The translations under genes were made by a program, and so were the position numbers. Under the pieces are notes generated by a model. The model saw nothing but the letters and a program-made list of their open reading frames with translations, was not told where the DNA came from and made no database searches. A DNA stretch of 8,574 bases from Selaginella moellendorffii. Taxonomy: Eukaryota; Plantae; Lycopodiophyta. The stretch covers positions 1 to 8,574 of the forward strand of contig NW_003314638.1 in assembly GCF_000143415.4 (NCBI RefSeq). The letters are read 5' to 3'. Positions 1 to 6,896 of this stretch are shown piece by piece; the first letter of the stretch is position 1; each line of letters begins with the position of its first letter.

Positions 1-302
1 TAGAGATAGTCTGCAAAAGCAAGTTTGACACCAGTTATTTTGGCAACACAGAAGAAAAAGAAGAAAAATAAATTCAAGTTTCAAAATTTATGGAGATCCA
101 TACAATCCAAATCAAGATCAATCCTCCAAGAACTTAATGCCGCTTTCGGCACCTCCAAGCTCTGCCGAAAAACGTAGCCACAGTATGCCACAATCGTTCG
201 CTTGAAAATCTGAAGATGTCAATTGAAGCATGCAAGCAAAAACATGAAAGAAGCGCAGGTGGACAACAAAGGAGATGAACTGAGCGAGGCCAAGAACACA
301 TG

Positions 303-545
303 TAAGCACGTGAGGCCTCACGCGGTTTTTTCCTCCGTGTGTGGCTTCATGTGCGAAGGGTTTGGTGTGGTAAGGTATGTTGCGGAACAGCCAGAAGCCC
401 AGGGTGAATATAAGTACGTGAGGCCTTGTGAGGTTTTACCACCGCCCGAGGACTCCTGTGCATGGGCCCCAGGCGAGAGTCATTTGCGAAAGTGTTCTGC
501 ATGAAACTGGTGCCCTGAGGCTTCTGGCCGAAGAGCATTTTTTAT
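303..545. repeat. GC-rich island with an imperfect direct repeat (303-337 / 411-444), a 14-bp palindrome (309-322) and an inverted repeat (390-406 / 511-528)
   Basis: TAAGCACGTGAGGCCT versus TAAGTACGTGAGGCCT, 108 nt apart. CGTGAGGCCTCACG is a perfect palindrome. GCCAGAAGCCCAGGG pairs with CCCTGAGGCTTCTGGC with one bulged A. Confidence 0.7.
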
Positions 546-689
546 TTAATTTGTGTAGAGTGTGGTTTATTTTTGCATATTGAGTGTATCAATATCTTTT
601 AGTTAGCAGATTTTATTGAAGAACTGAAGACTACCTACAGTTAAGTGCATGCAGCAACAGATCATATAAAAAATGAATGCAGAGAATAA

Positions 690-990
690 CAAATCGGGAT
701 TTCTAGGAAGTTCGTGCGTTTTGTTAATAATAATCACAAAAACCTGATGTTCAGCCAGTTAGAAGATTGTCTGAAAATTATGCATGTACTGATTCTTCAG
801 CTCTTGAGCAACTGATTGCTGCTGGCTCACTTTCTATATATATCAAAGAGATTTTTTTTTAACAATAAACATCTAAGCTGCTGCAGTTAATTGTAAAGTT
901 TAAAAAGGAAAAGAATTAGAAAAAGAAAAAACAGAAAACACGAGCTTTTTACTACTAATAGCAAATCGGGATTTCTAGGGTATGCGTGCG
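690..990 (+). repeat. 29-bp imperfect direct repeat (690-718 / 962-990) overlapping the PPR ORF start
   Basis: CAAATCGGGATTTCTAGG is exact (18 bp) at 690 and 962. The match extends to 25/29 identity, ending in CGTGCG. Confidence 0.8.
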
Positions 991-3717
991 GCGCTAGGGT
1001 TTGTGTGGTGTCTGTCATTTCTCAACAATCTCATGGAGTGGAAAACGTTTTCCAGGGATCCCACTTTCTGGTGGGACAACAGGTTCAAGAAGAAAAACAA
1101 GTTCTTCTCAGAGTCCTACCCGGATTTCAAACATGTTTCTACCGGAGAGAGCCTGTGGATCGCCAACAGGAAAACACCAACCTGGGTCTCTGCAAAACTC
1201 GAGTCGCTCGCTGACCCAGCTGTAGGTAAGGCCACCACCGCCCGCTACAAATCTCCACATACACCGGTGAGTTTAGGGAGGCTGATACACCGGGTGAGAG
1301 ACTCAGCCAAGAGCAGATCCCTTTCTTTGGGAAAACAAGCCCATGAAGCTGTGCTCAAGAGTGATGAGCACAAAAGCAACATCTACTTGTTGACGGGATT
1401 GATCAATATGTACTGCAAGTGTGGCGAGCTTGAGGAGGCTCGCAAGATTTTCGACTCCATGGGAACCCGGAGTGTTGTGTCCTACAACGCGATCATCCAG
1501 GGCTGCGGCTCGAATGGGCAAGCTGAACTTGCTCTGGAGTACTACTCTGCCCTGAGAGCTTGTACCACCATTCAACCCAACGATCGGACACATGTCGCGG
1601 TGATCAGCGCCTGCTCCAGACTTGCTACCGAATCCAGTGAGAAGAGGGAGAGAGCTCTACGCATCGGGATGGAGATCCATTCAATGCTGAGCAAGGAGAA
1701 GAAACAGGTAGATCTGTTCGTGGCGACTTGCCTGGTAGACATGTACTGCAAGTGTGGCGAGCTTGAGGAGGCTCGCAAGATTTTCCACTCCATGGGAACC
1801 CGGAGTGTTGTGTCCTACAACGCGATCATCCAGGGCTGCGGCTCGAACGGGCAAGCTGAACTTGCTCTGGAGTACTACTCTACCCTGAGAGCTTGTACCT
1901 CCATTCAACCCAACGATCGGACTCATGTTGCGGTGATCAGCGCCTGCTCCACACTTGCTACCGAATCCAGCGAGAAGAGGGAGAGAGCTCTACGCATTGG
2001 GATGGAGATCCATTCAATGCTGAGCAAGGAGAAGAAACAGCTAGATCTGTTCGTGGCGACTTGCCTGGTAGACATGTGCTGCAAGTGTGGCGAGCTTGAG
2101 GAGGCTCGCAAGATTTTCGACTCCATGGGAACCCGGAGTGTTGTGTCCTACAACGCGATCATCCAGGGCTGCGGCTCGAACGGGCAAGCTGAACTTGCTC
2201 TGGAGTACTACTCTACCCTGAGAGCTTGTACCACCATTCAACCCAACGATCGGACTCATGTCGCGGTGATCAGCGCCTGCTCCACACTTGCTACCGAATC
2301 CAGCGAGAAGAGGGAGAGAGCTCTACGCATCGGGATGGAGATCCATTCAATGCTGAGCAAGGAGAAGAAACAGGTAGATCTGTTCGTGGCGAATTGCCTG
2401 GTAGACATGTACTGCAAGTGTGGCGAGCTTGAGGAGGCTCGCAAGATTTTCCACTCCATGGAAACTCGGAGTGTTGTGTCCTACACCGCGATCATCCAGG
2501 GGTGCAACACGAACGGGCGAGCTGAACTTGCTCTGGAGTACTACTCTGCCCTGAGAGCTGATAAAACCATTCAAGCTGATGCTTGCACCTACACCTGCGT
2601 CCTTGTTGCTTGCGGGAGTGTGATGGCGATCAAGCTCGGGAGGGAGATTCACCAGCTGGCGAAGCATAAAGGGCTGCTGAAAAACGATCCAGTTCTGGGC
2701 TCCAGCCTGGTGAGCTTCTACGGCAAATGCGGAGATGTTGATTCTGCTCAGGAAGCGTTTGACGAGTGCCGAGCTCGGGACAACACGGGTCTCTGGAACT
2801 CTCTCATACAGGCTTACACTCTCCAGGGCCGATCCATCGAGGCCTTGGAGCGTTTCTATTCCATGACTCAGGAGGAGGGCTGTAAAGCTGACGATGTGAG
2901 TTTTGTCTCGGTGTTGAACGCTTGCAGCCATGGTGGTCTGGTCGGGAAAGGAAGGCTGCTTCTGGATGAAATGCCCAAGCAGTATGGAGTCAAGCCACGT
3001 CTGGAGCATTATGTGTGCCTGATCGATATGCTCGGGCGAGCTAACCTCCTCGNNNNNNNNNNNNNNNNNNNNNNNNNNNNNNNNNNNNNNNNNNNNNNNN
3101 NNNNNNNNNNNNNNNNNNNNNNNNNNNNNNNNNNNNNNNNNNNNNNNNNNNNNNNNNNNNNNNNNNNNNNNNNNNNNNNNNNNNNNNNNNNNNNNNNNNN
3201 NNNNNNNNNNNNNNNNNNNNNNNNNNNNNNNNNNNNNNNNNNNNNNNNNNNNNNNNNNNNNNNNNNNNNNNNNNNNNNNNNNNNNNNNNNNNNNNNNNNN
3301 NNNNNNNNNNNNNNNNNNNNNNNNNNNNNNNNNNNNNNNNNNNNNNNNNNNNNNNNNNNNNNNNNNNNNNNNNNNNNNNNNNNNNNNNNNNNNNNNNNNN
3401 NNNNNNNNNNNNNNNNNTTGAGCTTGGCCGCAATCTCGTACGCGAGCGATGTGATCAACGTTCTAAAAGACATACCCGAGGAAGAGAAAGAGGATCACCT
3501 GTGCGGCCACAGTGAGAAGCTTGCGCTGGGGTGTGCTCTGGTGAACTCGCACCAGAAGGAGACCATCAGAATTGTGAAAAATCTCCGAGTTTGTGACGAT
3601 TGCCATGCGGCCACTGCTCTCATCTCTAAGCTGGAAAAAAGGCTAATCATCTGCAAAGATGCCAGTCGGGTTCATGTGTTCCAGGATGGCAGATGTTCCT
3701 GTGACAACTACTTTTGA
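982..3717 (+). CDS. PLS-class pentatricopeptide repeat protein with C-terminal DYW cytidine deaminase domain (organellar RNA-editing factor) and an N-terminal PDF motif
   Basis: The translation shows repeated S (LVDMYCKCGELEEARKIFDSM), P (VVSYNAIIQG) and L motifs, then P2-L2-S2 (TGLWNSLIQAY / VSFVSVLNACSHGGLV / LEHYVCLIDMLGRA). After the N gap comes a DYW domain with HSEKLA, KNLRVCDDCH and CSC. The true start codon is uncertain, and frame continuity across the gap is assumed. Confidence 0.93.
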   Translation: MRAALGFVWCLSFLNNLMEWKTFSRDPTFWWDNRFKKKNKFFSESYPDFKHVSTGESLWIANRKTPTWVSAKLESLADPAVGKATTARYKSPHTPVSLGRLIHRVRDSAKSRSLSLGKQAHEAVLKSDEHKSNIYLLTGLINMYCKCGELEEARKIFDSMGTRSVVSYNAIIQGCGSNGQAELALEYYSALRACTTIQPNDRTHVAVISACSRLATESSEKRERALRIGMEIHSMLSKEKKQVDLFVATCLVDMYCKCGELEEARKIFHSMGTRSVVSYNAIIQGCGSNGQAELALEYYSTLRACTSIQPNDRTHVAVISACSTLATESSEKRERALRIGMEIHSMLSKEKKQLDLFVATCLVDMCCKCGELEEARKIFDSMGTRSVVSYNAIIQGCGSNGQAELALEYYSTLRACTTIQPNDRTHVAVISACSTLATESSEKRERALRIGMEIHSMLSKEKKQVDLFVANCLVDMYCKCGELEEARKIFHSMETRSVVSYTAIIQGCNTNGRAELALEYYSALRADKTIQADACTYTCVLVACGSVMAIKLGREIHQLAKHKGLLKNDPVLGSSLVSFYGKCGDVDSAQEAFDECRARDNTGLWNSLIQAYTLQGRSIEALERFYSMTQEEGCKADDVSFVSVLNACSHGGLVGKGRLLLDEMPKQYGVKPRLEHYVCLIDMLGRANLLXXXXXXXXXXXXXXXXXXXXXXXXXXXXXXXXXXXXXXXXXXXXXXXXXXXXXXXXXXXXXXXXXXXXXXXXXXXXXXXXXXXXXXXXXXXXXXXXXXXXXXXXXXXXXXXXXXXXXXXXXXLSLAAISYASDVINVLKDIPEEEKEDHLCGHSEKLALGCALVNSHQKETIRIVKNLRVCDDCHAATALISKLEKRLIICKDASRVHVFQDGRCSCDNYF
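1039..1209 (+). other. PDF motif (OSB/pTAC9-type organellar ssDNA-binding motif) at the N-terminus of the PPR protein
   Basis: The peptide WKTFSRDPTFWWDNRFKKKNKFFSESYPDFKHVSTGESLWIANRKTPTWVSAKL matches the OSB PDF pattern W..F...P..WWDNR..K.N....PDFKH..TGE.LW.....P.WV...L. Recognised by eye. Confidence 0.88.
1408..2559 (+). repeat. Intragenic tandem array of 333-bp (111 aa) units: three full copies plus about 150 bp of a fourth
   Basis: Unit starts ATGT(A/G)CTGCAAGTGTGGCGAGCTTGAGG occur at 1408, 1741, 2074 and 2407, an exact 333-nt period. Adjacent full copies differ at about 5 of 111 residues. One period equals S(31)+P(36)+long L(44). Confidence 0.97.
3053..3417. other. Assembly gap (365 N) expected to hide the end of S2, E1, E2 and the start of the DYW domain
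   Basis: Run of N. Its size (about 122 codons) is close to what the missing S2-end/E1/E2/PG-box region would need. Confidence 0.95.
3418..3717 (+). other. Visible part of the DYW deaminase domain (DYW:WW-like, terminal NYF)
   Basis: HxE at 3508-3516 (HSE), CxxC at 3592-3603 (CDDC) and the terminal H...CSC second zinc site. The segments LCGHSEKLALGCALVN and IICKDASR resemble the WW clade rather than the PG-type LAIAFGL or the KP-type HAE. Confidence 0.85.
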
Positions 3718-4315
3718 AAACACGTCAGTGCTCTTTCTTGCAGTTATCCCTGGTTTTAAACCCTCCGTGAGTCAAGCAGAAACATGGGCCGCTGAGTGAG
3801 CATGCCTCGTCAAAGTACCGCCGTCAACCTGAACTTCACAGAGAAAAAATTAACATTTAAAAGTTAAAACTATGCAAAAGGAGGATGACACGTTGTCTTA
3901 AATTTAAATTTCTTTTTGGTAGCAGAATCGGGGAATGCTGACTAAACCTGCCAACAGGTGCCCCAAAACGGAGTGCCCAGATTCAGATAATAAGCTTTAG
4001 TATGAAGACTTGCTGGTACCCAAACTCTTTGCTAATAGCAAGTACCGCCTCATGTTCCGGGAGCAAGGTGATGGCGGCTTGCGGCATGACCAACTTTGGG
4101 TTTGTTCTCCTAGAGCACGTTGAAGACGTGTGGAAGATGGTGACGACAGCATTTGTTTCTTGCGACGTACTCACCAGTTCCTCGGCAACTTCTTCCTTCC
4201 AGATGTTTTGAGCTTGTCGTGAGTGGTGACCTGCTTGCTCTCTCCTGTGATGACTTCTTCCAGCCTCTGGTGCCCAACCTCAAGGTTCTCTTGTGGATGG
4301 AGCTAGCCCTACACA

Positions 4316-4333
4316 GTGTGTGTGTGTGTGTGT
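4316..4333. repeat. (GT)9 microsatellite
   Basis: Read directly from the sequence. Confidence 0.95.
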
Positions 4334-5075
4334 ATCAACCAGCAGATGCACAAATCGTTGAGAATTAGCAACAAGTGTGTATCATAGGCTTAGTACGTAG
4401 TGTACATGTACATGTGTTTCAGCTAAATATAATGGGCCAAATACACCGAAGAAGTGTGTATAAGAAGAGTAGAAACAAATTAAGAAATGTAAATTAAGGA
4501 AATGAAAATAAAAATTGTCCGTCCTCTGAAATTAAGCTGGATTCAATTCTTCCAGCTCCAAATATTGTGTGATTGAGTTGTAAGTTAATTAATAGTAGAA
4601 AATAAGAAAAAAAAAACATTGAAAAAATAGTGTTTGATAATATCTTCTTTGCTTTTAGTTTTTTATTTTCGAAAGAAAATTAGTGGGGGAGTGCTGGTAA
4701 AGATATCTTTGCCGTTCATTGGTGGTTAATTAAATGAGCATGTTTAGAGATGTTTATAAGAGTTTAGCTCTGGACCAAGAGTTACCCAAAAGTTAAAGTT
4801 CAAAATTTACGTTTTCCCTATTTGCACAATAACTTAAGATAAAGAAATATACTTACCCTTATTTTTTATGGGAAAATTATTAGTATTTTAAGAAAAAAAA
4901 GGCGAATCTTAAGTAATTTTCAAAACCCCCGACCAAATCTAAAGTGTTGGGGTCATTTTATTTTAAGGGAAGTTGTTAAAACTTATTCCGGAAATATTCG
5001 AGAAGATTCTTAGGTAAGGCTTTGGCGTGCCTGTAAAGAAGATCTGATCTCGCGGCACGGCCCGAGAATTAAAAC

Positions 5076-5578
5076 ATGGCAGCAGCCGCGGAGATTTATG
5101 AGGAGAGGCCTGAGGAGGTGGAGGAAGCAGGTAATCCGATTTTAGGGTTGGAAGAGGAAACAGAGCTCTGGGAAATGGGGCCGATCGAGCTGGATCTGGG
5201 CCTGCTCGTGCTCTATCTTCACCAACAGGAGGAGGAAGAGGTGCCCATGGAGGGAGAGGTGGCCATGGAGTGGGAGGAGGGCGCGGGGTGGCCGGGGTTG
5301 GCCGCGGATCTCTGAATCTGGCCCCGGGAGGATTAGGCCATGGTTCTGAGGCGGCTCGAGGAGGGGGTGCCCCGGGAGGAGGAGGCCATGAGGAGGAGGA
5401 CGCCGCGGTTCTTCTCCGGGAGGAGGAGGCCATGGATCATTGCCAGGAGGAGGCCAAGCCTCGGTGGGAGGAGCCGAAGCCACAGCGGGAGGAGTCCAAG
5501 CCGCGCCCGGAGGAGCCCAAGCCACGTCCGGAGGAGTTCCCCTGGAGCACAGCGTGCCGGGAGCTCCAACTGCTTTGA
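5076..5578 (+). pseudogene. Disrupted Glu-rich, low-complexity ORF inside the element (possibly the N-terminal part of the Myb protein)
   Basis: MAAAAEIYEERPEEVEE... continues through TGA 5313-5315 and TAG 5334-5336 into AMVLRRLEEGVPREEEAM. A frameshift at about 5390 then leads into EEEDAAVLLREEEAMDHCQEEAKP... The EEEAM motif recurs across all pieces. Confidence 0.55.
5447..5536 (+). repeat. Four 21-bp coding tandem repeats (EExKPxx)
   Basis: Units start at 5447, 5468, 5489 and 5510 and encode EEAKPRW, EEPKPQR, EESKPRP and EEPKPRP. Confidence 0.9.
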
Positions 5579-5629
5579 GAACCAGAGATGGCTTTGAGTT
5601 TACATTTCTTAGGTTGCATGCATGCATGA

Positions 5630-5958
5630 GTGATTGAGAGCTCCCGGCGGGGTCATGAAGAAGAGGGAGATGACAGCGTCCCCGATCTGGAACAAGACCC
5701 GGATGCTCACATGGAGGAGCTCGACGACGAGTCTGTCCAGTTTGTGGATACCTCGGGTTTTGCTGCACCTGCTGCTGCGAAGAGAACCCGGGGAAAGAAC
5801 TGGAACCATGCTGAGACCATGGTCCTGATTGATCTCGTTCGGGAAAAACATCTCGCGAAGATTGCGGGGGAGGGAGGAGCAGCCAGCATGTTCTCATAAC
5901 GAAGGCACAGCGCTGGAATCTCATCTTTCACCGTTTTGCTTTAGGGTTTAAATGTACA
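5630..5958 (+). pseudogene. Myb/SANT-like (trihelix-type) DNA-binding protein of the Harbinger element, frameshifted and truncated
   Basis: An acidic leader is followed by RGKNWNHAETMVLIDLVREKH (from 5789). After a frameshift near the G-rich run 5866-5877, the second helix ITKAQRWNLIFHRFALGF (W at 5914) appears in another frame. No third-helix C..KW motif follows. Confidence 0.75.
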
Positions 5959-6406
5959 TTGCGGATGACAAGAGCCCTGCTGCCTGAGGAAGAAGACCGT
6001 GAACTTGAGGTTCGTCGGGCCGTGATTGGGAGGAGGTTTTGCATCGGCCTGTGGTGGGTGAAGCCTCGAAATGTCACCACCTGGAGTAAGTTTTCTTTGG
6101 AGTATTACGATGTGGGGAGGAAACTTCAGATGGAGAAGAGGACGTTCTTCACCATTTGTGGCATGCTGGAGAGCGAGATCCGGAAGCAAGATACCGGTTG
6201 GAGGAGTGTGGTGCTGGTGGACAAGCTTTCCAAGAACACAGATTACTTGGATCTGGCGGACAAGTTCAGCATCGGGGAGTCCACAGCTCATGAGATTGTC
6301 ATGGACACTACTGCGGCGATTGTCAAGTGTCTCAGGTACAAGATTCATTTTCCTTCAACTGCCAAGGAGGTTCGAGCTGTTGCTGCTGGCTTTCGACAAG
6401 TGACAG

Positions 6407-6456
6407 GTACATTTTCTTATGTTTTTTGGATTGTTATAAGTTTTGATGCCCAATAG
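6407..6456 (+). other. Transposase intron 1 (50 nt)
   Basis: ACAG|GTACAT...CAATAG|GT, T-rich, interrupting homology just before PNVAGAID. This splice leaves a phase mismatch. An alternative GT at 6400 restores the frame. Confidence 0.75.
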
Positions 6457-6618
6457 GTGCCTAATGTTGCTGGAGCGATCGACTGTACTCCGAGATCATC
6501 CGACCTACTAGACTGGACGGCGAGAGCTACTACGATCGGAAGCAGCAGTACTCGGTCATCTTGCAAGGGGTTTGTGATGCCCAGAAGAGGTTCCTCAGTG
6601 TCTATGCTGGGTGGCCAG

Positions 6619-6671
6619 GTATGTTTCTTTGTGTGTTGTGGATGGTTCTAAAATGTTCTTTTTGCTTTCAG
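6619..6671 (+). other. Transposase intron 2 (53 nt)
   Basis: CCAG|GTATGT...TTTCAG|GA. Splicing gives the conserved WPGRVHD. Confidence 0.92.
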
Positions 6672-6842
6672 GACGCGTCCACGACATAAGGGTTTTTCGT
6701 AATTCAACCCTCAGGAACAAGATTGTAGCAAGGGAGCTGCTGACATCGCCCGCGGTGTTAGCATATGACGATAGGATCAAGCCATACCTAATGGGGGACA
6801 AAGGGTACCAACTCCAGCAGCATCTGATGATTCCACACACAA

Positions 6843-6896
6843 GTAAGTCTTCTTCATTCTACTTTCTTTTGTTCACTTGTTTTGGTTGTTGCTCAG
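6843..6896 (+). other. Transposase intron 3 (54 nt, in frame and stop-free)
   Basis: A|GTAAGT...GCTCAG|CT, pyrimidine-rich. Splicing gives LMIPHTTPNPTPSKAAFN. Confidence 0.88.

Noticed and set aside
118-538. Short ORFs 118-321, 223-504 and 347-538 as real genes
   Set aside because: No recognisable domain. The NDCG resemblance to Ulp1 proteases is too weak.
340-540. RNase MRP, SRP, telomerase RNA or hammerhead identity for the structured island
   Set aside because: Only fragmentary resemblances (CAGGAGTCCTCGGGC and CCAAACCCT on the minus strand, CGTGAGGC). The required partner motifs are missing.
980-1055. Intron GTATGC...TTCCAG at the 5' end of the PPR gene
   Set aside because: It would remove the conserved W..F start of the PDF motif, and no upstream coding exon is evident. 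Not excluded without cDNA.
1408-2559. CRISPR-like or non-coding repeat array
   Set aside because: The units are 333-nt in-frame PPR triplets with no unique spacers, and the context is eukaryotic.
1001-3473. Overlapping and antisense ORFs within the PPR gene (e.g. 2347-3009 minus, 1303-1593 minus, ORFs spanning the Ns)
   Set aside because: They are shadow frames of the PPR repeats or artefacts of translating N runs, with no recognisable motifs.
3418-3717. U-to-C editing DYW:KP enzyme
   Set aside because: It has HSE and CAL/ICKDAS features instead of HAE and a GRP/DRH-type end, so it fits the WW clade better. The diagnostic box is in the gap.
4963-5931. Pro-rich minus-strand ORFs (4963-5433, 5142-5924)
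   Set aside because: They are antisense shadows of GAG-rich + strand coding sequence.
5940-5950. Telomere-like TTTAGGGTTTA near the Myb-transposase junction (also TAACCCTAA near 8178)
   Set aside because: Only about 1.5 units, common in plant DNA, and here explained as codons for LGF.
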